Assembly (NCBI RefSeq): GCF_004010195.1
Contig: NC_057718.1
Span: 87,624,570 to 87,688,569 of the forward strand
Source: Chiloscyllium plagiosum
Taxonomy: Eukaryota
Direction of reading: 5' to 3'
DNA: 64,000 bases
Part shown: positions 12,926-26,639 of the stretch, in pieces
Layout of the letters: the number at the start of each line of letters is the position of its first letter
How positions within the stretch are numbered: position 1 is the stretch's first letter
The notes under the pieces: generated by a model
The model's database searches: none
Told to the model about the DNA's origin: nothing
The model's input: only the letters and a program-made list of their open reading frames with translations
Position numbers and translations under genes: made by a program

Positions 12926-14606
12926 AGTTGGAACAAGTGGCTTACAAGCCATTTCAGAAGGCATTTAGATTCATCCACGTTATTGTGGATCTGGACTCAC
13001 ATGTAGATTGATTCAGATAAGGACATTAAGATTTTACAACAATTGATGACTTTCACCGTTACAAAGACATACTTTTAATTCTTGATTTGTTTATTGAATA
13101 TAAATTCTCAGTTTTGTGTTGGATAAGATGGGCTCAGCATTCTGCGAAAAGCCCTGTTCAAGTTGGCATTGCACTCCACCTGAGTGGAGCCCTTTTCAGT
13201 TGAGCTCTAGCTTTTTGATAGGCCTTCTAATGGAACAGGTGTTTTACTGTGTGTATCCAGCAGATGCTCCGATAACTTGATTCATCAATATCCTCATCTG
13301 ATTCCTTAGTGACAAAATTAGTGAGAGTATATAACCTCCTCCTGCAGAACACTGGCACCTATATTATCTTGTCTCCCCAGCACTTTCCTATGTGCTGTGC
13401 CCAGTCTCGCCAAAGGGAATTCTACTTTATCCAAGTATGCAAAATGTGCATAGTTTCAGTAGCTAAGCTAGTGACTGAGAGTGTAAGATTAAGGGAAGTC
13501 ATCTCTATTTTCCTCCACTAGCTGGAAAGGCTCCAGTTCTTGCATTTTGCAATTGAGTAAAATTTGGATTTTGGTGAAGGGAGAGGTGTAGATGTATGCT
13601 CACATTATCTGCAACTTCAGTGACAGTGAGGTCATGCTTGTAAAGCTAATTAGGAAATGGACACCTTACTTTTAAAGAAGTAATATTTGTGGTATAAATC
13701 TTGACTCTACACCTTCACCAAATGGATTCCAAAGATGTTCAGGTTAGGTGGATTGGCCACGGGAAATGCAGGGTTACAGGGATAGGATGAGGGTCTGGAT
13801 CTGGATGGCATGCTGTTTGGAGGGTCAGTACAGATCTGGGATTCTGTAATCTCTGAGATCATGTTGCATCTTTATTTCTTATGTGTTTTGTGTGTGTTTG
13901 CAAGGGAGGGAAAGAGTGATGGGGGAGTGGGTGTTTGTTGTGTATATATTTCAGATGTTCTGAAAATAAATGCTTATCCTTTATTTTGATTTAAACTTGT
14001 GGGAAATACTTTTTTTTCCCTAATGTCACTACTCAAAAAGACTTAAAACAGCACTCCTTAAACATACATCCTGTTATGGTCAAATGAGAGGTGAGAAGAG
14101 GGAGAAAGTTATTTCACCTCATTTCTCCCCATCCATAGCACTTCTGACTCAGAAGAGTTGAGAGAGTTGTAGGATAAGAGAAGGTTATATATGCACCTAC
14201 TCTGATTATCAATTGCCTCAGTTACACAATAGGCCAGGACCTCTGCCACATCCCATGATGTCTTCACTATGGAGATTAAATGAGATTGTGGTTATTTTAA
14301 ATTAAAACACTTCGTTGAACCTTTTTTAAAAAAATAAAATCTACACAATTAAAATTCAAACCTTGTTAGGAAACTGATCAAATTTGAAATATGAATTTTC
14401 AGGCATGTTTTCTACCTCTAATTCTTTAATGCTGTCTGCTATATGCATTATATTCTCCTGCAAGAAAGAGGGATAGTGTGCAGTCAGTACCGTATAATCT
14501 GTTTAATACATTGTGGCTGTCCTGATTGAATACCTGCCTGTGTGGGTGAGCTGTTTATGGGTATGAAACATTGAATAGTGTTGGGTGTGAGAGCGAAGTA
14601 AAACAT

Positions 14607-14928
14607 GGGGTGGCACGGTGGCACAGTGGTTAGCACTGCTCCCTCACAGCACCAGAGGTCCGGGTTCAATTCCCGCCTCAGGTGACTGACTGTGTGGAGT
14701 TTGCACGTTCTCCCCATGTCTGCGTGGGTTCCTCCGGGTGCTCCGGTTCCCTCCCACAGTCCAAAGATGTGCAGGTCAGGTGAATTGGCCATGCTAAATT
14801 GCCAATAGTGTTAGGTAAGGGGTAAATGTAGGGGCATGGGTGGGTGGTGGGTCGGTGTGGACTTGTTGGGTCGAAGGGCCTGTTTCCACGCTGTAATCTA
14901 ATCTAATCTAATCTAATCTAATCTAATC
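14607..14928 (+). mobile_element. HE1-like V-SINE (tRNA-derived) with (TAATC)7 tail
   Basis: A/B-box-like head (tggcacagtggttagc; ggttcaattccc), V-SINE core (tgtgtggagtttgcacgttctcccc), CR1-like 3' end, tail at 14894-14928. Confidence 0.88.
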
Positions 14929-17009
14929 ATTGAGTTCTGATTTGTGTTATCATTCCTATTATCCTTCCTTCACTTTCTGATGCAAGTACATGGTTGTTCC
15001 ATTTGTACCAAATGAACTTACTCAAAGCTGTAAATCCACGCGTGTGTGTGTGTGAGAATGCATTTGCTACCATGCTTATCATGTATATTTGACATCATTG
15101 CCAGCGCTTCTTGATCATCTGTATGTAGTTGCATAATCCTAATCTGAGTATCAAAAGCACCTTATGTTTGTTGATTGTCTTAATTGGACACACCTCTGAT
15201 TTAAAGATAATGTGTTTCTGCAAGCATCACCAAAAGGATTTTGTTTACAAGGGATTGTTTCTGAGGTGTAGTTGTCCTCTGGCCTACTCGAGGTAATGCA
15301 TAGTTGCCATTCTCTTACTGCTCTATCTTGACTGACGCCAGATGTAATTTTAGCTTAAAGATCAGGGTAACAAAGTGGTGCATCATATAGGTGTGCAACT
15401 GCATTATTGAACACTGCTTGGAGATGTATTCAAATTCAAGCCAAATGTAAACAAATGAAAGCAAGAAAGAATTTTGATTTTTATAACCGCCTTTCAGTGT
15501 GGCAAAGCAGTGTAAAGTTCATAGGGTAGCTTTGAAGTGAAAACATCATTATGTATGAAACATAGCATCCAGTATATATACAGTGAGGCCCTACAAATAA
15601 TGAAAGAAGAAACAGATTATTTAGTTTAGTGATGTTGGTTGAAGGATAAGTATTTGCTTGGCCACCGAATAGTGCCACCTGAGGGGACAGACAGAGTTCA
15701 GTTTAATATCTTATCTGAAAAACCACAGCACAGGGTGTATCATCCTAAAATTAAAACAGAAAATGCTAGACAAACTCAGCAGCAACTCTCATCCGAAGAA
15801 GGGTCACAATGGGACCTCCATTGTTAATTCTACCTCTCTCTTTCCACAGCTTGTGCCAGACCTACTGAGTTTCTCCAGTACTTTGTTTTTATTTCCAATC
15901 TTCAGCATCCTCAGTACTTTGCTTTCATTTGAGTATCAACTTAATTTTGTTCGAGTTTGAACACACAACCTTCTGTCTCGGGAGTAAGTGTGCTGTCTAC
16001 TTAGATTACAGTTAATATCCATGGTGTAGCAGTAATATAAATGAATAAATTACTTGTTAATTCTGTCCACTGGTTTTAGTGTTTTCAAAAGCTGGCAAGT
16101 ATTCCAAAAACATGACAGAACAAGATCACTTTTCCTGAGTATGTCACACCAGACTTTCTAGCATATTGAAATGCTGATCACATGGGCATTTGCAAACTCT
16201 CATGCAAGCTATCTCAAAGAGTGAGTTTAAAGCAAGATAAAGGATATGCTGCAAAAACACGGCTGGAAATACTTGAATTGGGCAGCTTCGTTGGGGAGAG
16301 CAACTCTGTTAATCTATCTTCAGAATTCTAATTTAATTGCTTCTCTCCTCACAGCCCCTTTCTGATCTGTCCAGCATGTCCAGTATTTTCTATTTTAAGT
16401 TACTAACATCTCCAGCATTCTGCTTTTTTACTCAGTGAGATGCCACGTCCCAAATTATTATAAGGGTTTGTGTCCAACCAATCGTGCTTGAGGGGGCACT
16501 TCCTGTTCAGCATTGAATCATTAAATTGTTGTCACAAGCAGATCTTGAAATTTAAAACCACAGAACCCACTTCAGCAGTCAGACTGCTATGCAAGTTGGG
16601 AAGCAGTGAATGCTTGGCTATCAGTGCAGGCACTGTTCAGCTTCTCAGTTGCTGCCATGAACAGTTAGCCAAGGTTTTGTGTTCAGGTCTCCAAAGTGAG
16701 GCTCAAACCTACAACCTTCTGATCCAGAGGTGAGAGTGGCATTGGTGGAGGCAAATTTGACAACTGGGCAATTTTGGACAAAATGGATGCTGAATCCGAA
16801 TACTGACCTTCAGCAAATGCTGCCAGTGATATCGGTAATTACATTCCCATCCTTTTCCTGTTCCATCTTTCCCTGTGGATGTTCAACAGTTGCACAGATT
16901 TCCTTTTTCCTGTCACAGCCCTGTTAGACTGTTTAATTAAATTCCAGCTGTTCCTTGCTTCACTCTACGTCCTGCTGTCTAATATTGATTTTCCCTTATG
17001 TTTTTAAGC

Positions 17010-17350
17010 GCTAATGCAATGTAGGTGTCCCTAATTGCCGCTTGAGCTGACTGGTTTGTTAGACCATTTCAGAAGACAATTAAGTGTTGTTGTAGGTCTG
17101 GAGTCACACGTAGGTCAGGTTGGCAGATTTCCCTCTGGAAGAAAATGTCCTTCCCTAAAGGACATTGCTGAATTAGATGGGTTTTTGCAACAAACACAGT
17201 TAGTATTATACCAGCTTTACAATTAGATTTTTTTAAAATTTGAATTTCACCATCTGTCATGGCAGGATTTGAACCCATATCTCTAGAACATTAGTTTGGG
17301 AATCTGAATTACCAGTTCAGTGACATTACCACTGCACCATTGCCTCCCCC
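17010..17350 (-). mobile_element. tRNA-derived SINE, second family (related to 46115-46675)
   Basis: Shares gaatttcaccatctg..atggcaggatttgaaccca..attacc motifs with 39885-40160 and 46115-46675. Confidence 0.55.
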
Positions 17351-17499
17351 CTGCTTATCCAGCAATGTAGGTTGCTGGTGTCTCACCATTTCCAGCAGAC
17401 TTGAAGTAAATCAATTGATTCCTATTCACACACAGTTACCCAGATGAAATTTCATACTGGTTTCTCCACTGTGAATAAACGAACATCACTGTGAGGGCG

Positions 17500-17725
17500 A
17501 AACTGTCTTTCAGCTGCGATGTTAAACCAAGGCCTTGTTCACCTCTCAGGCAAGCGCAGGATACAAAAAATAAATGCTGGCTGTATTTTGAAGAAGTGCA
17601 GCTGAGTTCCCATCTTTGTATTAGTCAATGTTTATCCCTTAAGCAACATGACTAAAACAGATTATCTGATCCTTGCTGCTTTGGGATCTTGCTGTGCATG
17701 AATCAGTCACATTTCCGAAGTTGAA
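17500..17725 (+). mobile_element. Deu-domain SINE (SacSINE1/AmnSINE1-like) fragment
   Basis: gatgttaaaccaaggcc...tttgaagaag...tttatccct...aaaacagattatctg...gggatcttgctgtgc resembles the recalled Deu core. Confidence 0.6.
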
Positions 17726-18063
17726 CTCTGTACAATCCGGCAGTAGCACAACTAGTTTTGAGCGAGTGTTTTAAAATGCAGATTATGTCTGCCTTTTTAA
17801 AGTGAAGATTTTGATTTAAGGTTAAACCCTATGTAAGTGATTCAGATCCACTCAGACCAGTAATGAGAAATCTTTACTGTCTCTTATTATGAAAAGTCCC
17901 ATCCCTGTAATTAAGTTTTCAGACTTGTCTCTGTTGATAAACAGGATGCAGTAGCTCTACTGATTCTAGCCTGTTTTGCTCTTGACTTGGCTGTGATAAT
18001 TTTGGATTGGAAAAACTGCCACGTTTTACTGATTTACAAAGACTCCATGTGTTCTGATTTTAG

Positions 18064-18114
18064 GAAAGCTCTGTTGCCAATTCACCATCACCACAGCTGC
18101 TGCCCGAATCTTCA
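18064..18114 (+). CDS. SASH1: SASH1-like coding exon (equiv. exon 3), 51 nt, ESSVANSPSPQLLPESS
   Basis: tttag acceptor, gtgagt donor, phase 0/0. Weak peptide similarity, but position and length fit. Confidence 0.75.
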
Positions 18115-18247
18115 GTGAGTACCGCTTCCCTTCAAATCCTCCTGGAAATTGTCCAGGAACACAACACTTTATTAAATTCATCCTGTAATTTCAATACAGC
18201 TATTTTTTTTCTTTTTAGCAGTGACTGACTTTGAATTTGTTTCCCAG

Positions 18248-18297
18248 GAATCACGTGCCTTGGGGAGTGCGGTGTCAACACCAGAGAGCGAGAGAGA
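18248..18297 (+). CDS. SASH1: SASH1-like coding exon (equiv. exon 4), 50 nt, ESRALGSAVSTPESER
   Basis: cccag acceptor, gtaagt donor, phase 0/2. SAVSTPE motif. Confidence 0.87.
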
Positions 18298-20014
18298 GTA
18301 AGTGATGTTTACAGCACTGGACAGAATCACTGAAACACTTCCTCACTTATATTTTCAGATAAATATTCTGCATCGCTAAGTGTTTGCAAGTGGTGTTTCA
18401 TTCTCTTAACACAAGGAGCATGTTTGTGTCACTGTCTCCACCCTTCTTTCTGTATGTCTGACAGCCACATAGCCAGAATGATGAGTCAGCTTCATTACAT
18501 AATTCAAACTTATCCAGGGCAAAGGCACTGGGTTATAATTACTTGCGTTTATGAAATATTTAACTCTATCACAGTGTATTCCAGATCATCGTGACTCTCA
18601 GCATTTTTTAAAACAAAAAGCTCCTCTTCCCACTGGTGCTTTGGCCAAAGTTCTTCAAAGTTCAATCTGTGCCCTCTGTTCACTTAACTACCTGCTAGTG
18701 GAAACAGTTTCTCCCTCTTCAAAACCCTGCATATTTTTAAATGTGCTTATTATTAATCCTGTCTGATGAAAAGAGGGCAGTTCTAGTTTTGTAAGTGAAC
18801 AGAAGTCCCAGTTCCCTGGTATCATTTGAATGATCTAGTCCATATCCTTCACCTTTCTAAAGTAAGGTTCCCCAGAATGATGTTTTAATTTATTCTGTCA
18901 TTACTTACCTCAGTAGTATATTTAGTTGCTTGATACAGAACTTGGGTATTGGCAAAATAAAAGACCTGCAGTCAAAGCTTTACATTTTGCACTCATCAGG
19001 ATAGACACAAGAACACGAAAGTGCAAAGGGGAGTTTATACAGCAAGAAAAAAGAATGCTAACTGGTTACCAAGTGGTCTCTGGTTGAAGTGTTGACGTGG
19101 TAAATGCACCAGAGATCCTTTATTATTCCAAGCTTTTGTTTAAATTTTAAGGAAGTCAAGCTGGCTCTGGCTGAGGCATTGCCATGGGAATAGGTATTTT
19201 AATTTTTTGCGCTCTACTTTTCAGGGATGTCCTTTCTCTGCCTCATTATTTACCATCTTATTTGTCCACCCTCTTATAATTTAGGTTCAACCTGACCCAT
19301 CTGTGCAAGTTCCCGCAACAACTTATCTCACTTTGTGTTCTTGGAAACTTATGCCTTTACTGTATCATTCTGGTCACATTGCTTGATTTGCTTCTCCTTA
19401 ATTTGTCCACCATTTGTAACTAGTATTTTCTTTGAGTGTCCCACTCCACTTGCAACTCAGTCTAAATCTGACTGATCATACTATTGTGCACAATTTCCAG
19501 TCAATACATTCCAAGGCCACTGCTTTTCCCTTCCCACCTGATTTGTTCATATCTCTCATCCTGGTGCATTATTTCAACAGACTGAGAGTATGTATTTCCT
19601 ACAACTGAATGTTTAGATGTGCAGTGTCTATCTTTTCCTTGTGAGTAAACCAGCCATTCTTCAGTGCTATATCGTTACCCTTGAATCCTCTCCCAAATCT
19701 TTCAATACTTGGTTCTGTTAAGAACAAAAGCTGCCGGGTTGCAATCTTTGCTCCTGTCCTTCCCAATCCCCTGTGTTCACTCATCTTTGTTTCCCTATTC
19801 TTCTCAACCTGCCAGGTGACCATTCTCTGCAATATGTCTCCCAGAAATCCTGAGAAGTTCGTCCTGACTCCAAGCAATTCACATTACTGTGATTTTTTTC
19901 ACAAATTGGTCGACATTTGTGGTTTCAGTTGTACTCTGTCTTGGTACAAAACACATTTTATCTGACCACGTTAACTTTCTTACCTTCTCTGGACAAAAGG
20001 AGCATCTGATTCAT

Positions 20015-20236
20015 TGGGGCAATCCTTTCACACAGAGGGTGGTACGTGTATGGAATGAGCTGTCAGAGTAAGTGGTGCAATATTTAAAAGGCATTCGGAT
20101 GGGTATATGAATAGGAAGGGTTTGGAGGGTTATGGGCCAGGTGCTGGCAGGTGAGATTAGATTGAGTTGGGATATCTGGCATGGACAGGTTGGACCGAAG
20201 AGTCTGTTTCCGTGCTGTACATCTCTATGACTCTAT
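20015..20236 (+). mobile_element. CR1 LINE 3' end fragment
   Basis: FTQRVVRVWNEL peptide and ctgtacatctctatgactcta tail. Confidence 0.8.
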
Positions 20237-20518
20237 AACCACAGATGCTGGAGCTCTGAAACAAAAAGAGAAATGGCTGGCAAAACCCAGCAGGTCTGGC
20301 AGCATCCATGGGAAGAAAGCAGAGTTAACATTTCAAGTCTAGTGACTTCGTCAGAACACACTTTATTAGCATTCTGATTCATTTATCCATGATGAACAGA
20401 TTTGTTCATCAAAAAGTCCTTGAACTGCAGGCTTCCATTACTCATTTATCTACTTATGTAGCTCTTCTAATAAAATTAAATAGTTTGCATACTGACACAT
20501 TTTTATTTCTTTAAACAG

Positions 20519-20559
20519 ACATTTGATTTGCAAGTCAAGCTCGGAGGATGGGTCAGTTG
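20519..20559 (+). CDS. SASH1: SASH1-like coding exon (equiv. exon 5), 41 nt, HLICKSSSEDGSV
   Basis: aacag acceptor after a T-rich tract, gtgagt donor, phase 2/1. KSxSED motif. Confidence 0.85.
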
Positions 20560-23001
20560 GTGAGTATTATTTCATTTTGGGAATTACTGATAAATTGTTT
20601 GACAAAAAGATTCTCCATTTTCCTTTTTCATCTATCAATCAATCCACTTCTTTATTCATGTCTGTCTATTTACATGTCTGTTCATCCGTTTGCTAGCTAT
20701 CTATTTGTTTAATTAATTTTATTCCTCTATTTGCCTGACTACCTACATATTTATTGTCTATCACTCCATTTGTCTACAGCTACATTTCTGTATCCATCTC
20801 TGTCCTGTTCTTTATCTGTCATTCTCTTCTCTAGATGTTTACTTGTCTATCATATATTTGTCTATGGGTTTGCATATTTTTTCAGGGTTTTTATCTTATC
20901 TACTGATTGGCATTCAAACTATTTGTTAATCTTTTATCCCTATTTATGCACCTCTCTCTTATTCTAATTTTCTTTATCCACCTTATGTCAATATCTATCT
21001 TATTTCACTTTCTGTAGTTATCTTTCTAATCGTTTCTCCCTCTATTTGTGGATGTCTCTCTACATCTATAATGAGTCAGAGTCTTTTTGGGTATATCTAT
21101 TTTTCTCTCTCTCTCTGTAAATATTTTATTTGACCCACGTTAAATCCGACTCACTGTCACTACATCATTCCATCCACAGGACCTGCACTGGGTTCAAATT
21201 CCAAACCATGTCCTCAATTCTCCTTTACCTTACTCACAATGTACTTCAGCGTTTATGCCACTTAATATTCACAAACTAAGTCATTTCCTTCCTTTGGTCT
21301 GTCTGGTCTCTTCCTCTTGCTCTTTGTTGGTACAACCTGGGTTGGAGTTCTCCTTTGAACTTTAGCTGCCTTGATACATCCTGAGATTATCTTGTAGGGT
21401 CTGACAGGCATGTCCAGGGCCAAAAGTAACTATCAAAGAGGTGATGTTTATATGTTTGAGAGATAATTGGATGAGAACTTGACTGGGTGTACATGGGGAA
21501 CAAGTAATCACTAAGGAGGAGTGGTTAGTGTGAGAGTTGGAATAAAGACCTGACTAGAAGAATATATACCTGAACTCTGCCTAACCAACATTTAACTTCT
21601 GATGTTTAACAGTTTTCACCCTTTCTTAAAAGTCTATTCACCAAAATCTTATTGATGTCTCAACCTTTGCCCCAACCCTGTGAAACACCTTGGGGTTCTT
21701 AATGTGTAATATGAATATAAATTTTACTCCCTAATCTGACCAAGTCAAGAAGACCCAGTAGAATATAAAAACAAGGAGGTTTTGCAACAGCAAAGTCCTG
21801 GTGAGTAGACAATTGTGCTGTAAAGAGTTATGGCTCTGACACTTTAGAAAGGATATATTCAGTACTTGAAGGAATGCAGAAAACTTTGTCCCTTGATCCA
21901 AGAATTAGATTATGAATCAAGATGAATAAATTAAGCTTGTAAATGTGGAATATTGATGAGGATTTTGAAAGGAATTGACAAACCTTTTTGGTTTGTGGGG
22001 GACGTAAGGACAAGGGAGCATAATCTTAAATTGAGAGCCAGATTATTATAGTGAAATGTTTGCATATAATACTGTAAAAGTATGGAACGTACTGCCACAA
22101 GAGGTAGGAAGTGCTGGCAGCATTAATACTTTTAAATGTTTGTTAATTGAGGCTGTGAGGCATCAGGAGCCAAGTTGGGCGGAGTTAGGATACAGATCAG
22201 CCATAATCTCATGAAGTAGTGAAACGGGTTTAAGGGTTGAAGGGGCCTCTCCAGTTCCTATGAACACCTCAGGACTCGGGTGCCTGAGCCCTTGAGTCCC
22301 AAATCTTTCTTGACATGACCCAAAGTAACCTGGTGTTGCAGTTGAATTGGTGGAGAGGATAAATTGGGGGCTGACGAGTCAATATCCTGTGGAAATGAAG
22401 GAATGGTTCAAACACCTAATTATATACTGTCAATCATGGAGTGAGACGTTCACCTTTACTGCAGTTAATAGTAGGTTTGTATATTGTTCATGTTATTAGT
22501 CTAGTAATTCAGAACCTTGCACTAATAATTCACAGAATGCATTCAACTTTCAGAGTAATTGGGTTCTGTTTTAAAATTCAGGACAGAAAAGTCTGGTAAC
22601 AGTAAATGTCATCATGAAGCTTTTGGATCATTGTAAAAACTCAACTGGCTTCCTAATGTCCTCTAGGGAATGGAACCTGCTGTTTTTAACATTGTTTGGC
22701 CTACCTATGTTCTCAGTTGCACAACAATGCCTTCTGAATTGCTGTAACCAACCACTGAAGACTGTCCTGCCTAATCAGGGTAAATATAGGACATGGCACT
22801 TCCAAACTTGGGGCAGGGTGAACATTGGTACTGAGCTTGGTCCTCAGGTCACGGTAAACCAACAATGCCACAGGAAATGGCCATATTTTGTTCAGACACA
22901 TGAGACTTTCTGTGGGCACAAATTTGAATGTTAAGATTAGTAAGTAAGAAAAATAGGGAAAGAGTTCAGTACAGTTTGACTATTTTGTGTTCTTCTTACA
23001 G

Positions 23002-23091
23002 GAAGTAGTGACTGCAAAAAGAAAAATAAATCCTTTTGGCAGGGATTTCGAAAAACACAGAAAGGGAATGCAGTGCGGGAACTGTGCAAAG
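23002..23091 (+). CDS. SASH1: SASH1-like coding exon (equiv. exon 6), 90 nt, (G)SSDCKKKNKSFWQGFRKTQKGNAVRELCK
   Basis: tacag acceptor, gtaaaa donor, phase 1/1. KKKNKxFWQxFRKxQKG motif. Confidence 0.9.
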
Positions 23092-23819
23092 GTAAAACTG
23101 TTATGGAGGGAGTTCTCATTCCTGCTTGTATTTGTGCCAACTGTGCAATGGGGCAGGAACTTGAGTTTAAAGCCTCATTGTTAGAGTGCCAATCCTTTGG
23201 GATTGTCCTGGGATTTCCATGAATTAAAGATTAATCCCCTGGATACTGCTTCAAGCCTCTCCCAGGAGGTATTGAATAAAAATGCAGCATTTAAGTTGCT
23301 TTGAATTTTTTTATTAATTATAGGTTAAAGTTGGAAGGAAAAAAATACTGCTCAACTGAGAGGAGCAGATGGAGGTATGATATCATTTGATGAACCCTCC
23401 AAGTTCAGTAAGAATTGGCAATCCTACCTACTGGAAGCTATAGTGGAGATCTTTCCTGTAATAAACACAGTTGCAATTTCTAGTGCTTGGATACATCCCA
23501 GAGTTTGGTGTCATTCTCCAATCACCACTGGATCTGTACAAAGCATATCTTTAAATTATTTCATTATTCATTCATGGGATGTGGAGATTGCTGGCTAGAC
23601 CAGCATTTACTTCCCTTGAGAAGTTGTGGTGAGCTACTGTCTTGAACCACTGCAGTCCTTGGGATGTAGATCCACTTATGCTATTTTGAGGAAGGGAACT
23701 GCCCAATATCCAGATAAACAGGGTGAAAAATGGGGAGTTAAACTGACATCACATTCCCCTAGCATCATTATTTGACTAACTGGAATATAACAGATGAGAT
23801 ATATGATCAACAGTAAACA

Positions 23820-25072
23820 AATAGAGATAGGACATAGAGCAGTACAACACAGTACAGGATCTTCGCCCCTCAATGTTCTGCTGACCTTTTACTTACTCTA
23901 AAATCAGACTAACCTACATACCCTTCATTGTACTAACTTCCATGTGCCTATCCAAGAGTCACTTAAATGTCCCTAATATATCTGACTCTACTACCACTGC
24001 TGGCAGTGCATTCCACGCACCCACCACTTTCTGTGTAAAGAACCTGCCTCTGGCATCTCCCCTAAACCTACCTTCATATCCCTAAAAATTATGTCCCTTA
24101 TGATAGACATTTCCACCATCGGGAAAGGTCTCTGACTATCCACTCTGTCTATGCCTCTTAACATCTTGTACACCTCAAACAAGTCACCTCTCATTCTCCT
24201 TCACTGCAGTGAGAAAAGCCGTAGATCCCTCAACCTTTCTTCATAAGACATGCCCTCCAGCCCAGGCAGCATCCTGGCAAATCTCCTCTGCACCCTCTCT
24301 AAAGCATCCACATCTTTCCTATAATGAGGTGACCAGAGCTGAACACAATATTCCAAGTGTGGTCTAACCAGGGCTCTATAGAGCTGCAGCATAACCTCTT
24401 GGCTCTTAAACTCAATCCCCTGCTAATGAAAGCCAACACACCATAGGCCTTCTTAACAACTTGGGTGGCAACTTTGAGGGATCTATGAACATGGACCCCA
24501 AAATCCCTGTGCTCCTCCACACTGCCAGGAGTCCTGCCCTTAACCCTGTATTCTGCATTCAAATTTGACCTTCCAAAGTGACTGACTTCAATTTTCCAGG
24601 TTAAACTCCATCTGCCACTTACCAGCCCACTTCTGCACAGTGTCAGTGTCCCGTTGCAACCTACAACAGCTCTCCACCAACATTTGTGTCATTGGCAAAC
24701 TTACTATTCCTCATCCAAGTCATTTATAAAGATCACGTAGAGCAGAGATCCCAGAACGGATCCCTGTGGAACACCACTGGTCATTGAGTTCCAGGCTGAA
24801 TACTACCATCACCCTCTGTCTCCTATGGGCCTGACAATTCTGTATCCAGACAACCAGATTTCCCTGTATCCCATGTCTCCTTACTTTCTGAATGAGCCTA
24901 CCATGGGGAACCTTATCAAATGTCTTGCTAAAATCCATGTGCACCACATCCATTGCTCTACCTTCATCAGTGTGTTTTGCCACATCTTCAAAGAATTCAA
25001 TAAGGTTCATGAGGCATATCGTGTCTCTCGGAATCCTCTCCAGACTGGTCTGTAATTGCCAGGATTATCCCT
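23820..25072 (-). mobile_element. CR1 LINE ORF2 (RT) 3' portion, frameshifted
   Basis: ORFs NLIEFFEDV..DVVHMDFSKTFDKVPHGRL, LYRALVRPHLEYCVQLWSPHYRKD and RGDLFEVYKML. Confidence 0.92.
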
Positions 25073-25645
25073 AATGGTGGCCTTTACCAGGCTAAGGATA
25101 GATAAAAAGTACAGGACAGATTTATTTAACATCATACTAAAACATTTTGATTTACTTGTTTAAAGTGTTTGGTTAAACAGTGACAGACTTAATGATAAGC
25201 ATTGTGTCCTGCTCTAACCTACCCCAGTGTATATGACTTTCCTATGTGATATGTAGAGCTAGATCTGGACCTCTGTTAGTTTCTGACCAAAGAATGGTGT
25301 ATTCTGGTCAGCACTGCAGCATGAAAATTAGTACCATGAGCATCACAAAACTGCAGCATTTTAATGAGTTTACCACCATTTTAAAAACATAATAGCCTTA
25401 TTTTAAAGGAACAATTAGCTAAATGACACTTTCTGTGCTGCAAGATTCTATGATGATTTACCTAATTTGTTTTTGGTTACGGGAGTTTAAAAACCCTTGT
25501 TTAGTTTTCGCTCCTCTTCCACTGAGCTTGTTTGGCAGGTCATCTACTGAAATCATATTATCAAAGCTCTTGAATAACAATAATTCTTTGTTTTCTCTCT
25601 CTCCATTGCCCCAAATCCAATTTTTTTCTTATTGACTTTTTAAAG

Positions 25646-25758
25646 GCGATGATGTTGGATTTGTGGCCAGTGAGATTACCATGAGTGATGAGGATCGCAT
25701 CGAACTGATGATGATGGTCAAAGAAAAGATGATAACGATAGAGGAGGCACTTGTTAAG
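25646..25758 (+). CDS. SASH1: SASH1-like coding exon (equiv. exon 7), 113 nt, (G)[37 protein letters not shown]
   Basis: aaag acceptor, gtaata donor, phase 1/0. Highly conserved SASH1 peptide. Confidence 0.95.
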
Positions 25759-26537
25759 GTAATACAGACACCTCTTGCCCAGGTTAAACTAACTGATCGC
25801 CATATTAGCCAACTTACTTTACGCACTGTTTTCTTAACAGCTACTGAGTCAGAAGGTTGTGTGTTCAAAGCCCAGTCCAGAGATTTGCCTCAGACCTGAT
25901 TTGTTTGTTGTATTTTGGGTAATTACGCTTGCTTTTATATTTTACTGTGTGTTATTGAAATGATAAAAGAAATGAGTTTAGATAGCAGCAGAATGAGGGT
26001 AACTTTGGATAACGTTTAGTGGAAATTCTGATGTTACTTCCACAGGTAATTCCAGATCTAAATGTTAGATTTTACCACCATTTTACTACCATTTCCATCT
26101 GTGAGAATAGACTCAGGGATCTGTGAGGCAATTCTTCCAGGCGTGGTGCTTTCTAACCTGGAATACTTAATTCTGTTGTTCTCTGCTGTTATGGATATGT
26201 ACTAATCAGCAACATTGCATTTATAGGACACCTTTCAAACTCTCAGAATACAGCCAATGGAGTGCTTGGTAAGTGTCATTGCTCTTGTGTTGTAGGAAAG
26301 CAGCAGCAAATTTTCAGAATGCAAGTTCCTGCAAACAATCCCTAAGTGATTCAGCTTGGAATATATGTGCCTAAGTCTCTCAAGTGGGAAGTGAAGCCAC
26401 AACCTTCTGACTCAGAAGGAGTGAAATACTATTGAGCCAAAACTAATTCTAATCGTTATTAATGAAACTCAGAGTTTGATCTTTTATTCCTGGGTTTTAT
26501 TACTCACAAGGAAAGTTGACTATGACTTATTTTCCAG

Positions 26538-26639
26538 CTCAAAGAATATGAATGCCACAGCAGGCTGTCCCTGAGCATGGATTCAACTCAATCAGCAGGT
26601 GGCGCACATGAGCCATGGGACGAGTCGTCTGATGGTGGT
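26538..26639 (+). CDS. SASH1: SASH1-like coding exon (equiv. exon 8), 102 nt, LKEYECHSRLSLSMDSTQSAGGAHEPWDESSDGG
   Basis: tttccag acceptor, gtgagt donor, phase 0/0. LKEYE start matches SASH1. Confidence 0.88.

Noticed and set aside
14607..14690. tRNA-like A/B boxes (also at 27241, 43941, 46115, 48600, 50700)
   Set aside because: These are SINE heads followed by V-SINE or other SINE bodies. No complete cloverleaf is evident.
13860..15420. Possible alternative promoter or first exon in the long intron
   Set aside because: Only GT-rich and purine-rich low-complexity tracts. No CpG island or convincing ATG-to-donor exon could be supported.
20580..21130. Pyrimidine-rich TCTA/TTTA-like tract with a 78-aa hydrophobic ORF
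   Set aside because: Degenerate simple-sequence region. The ORF composition simply reflects the T-richness.
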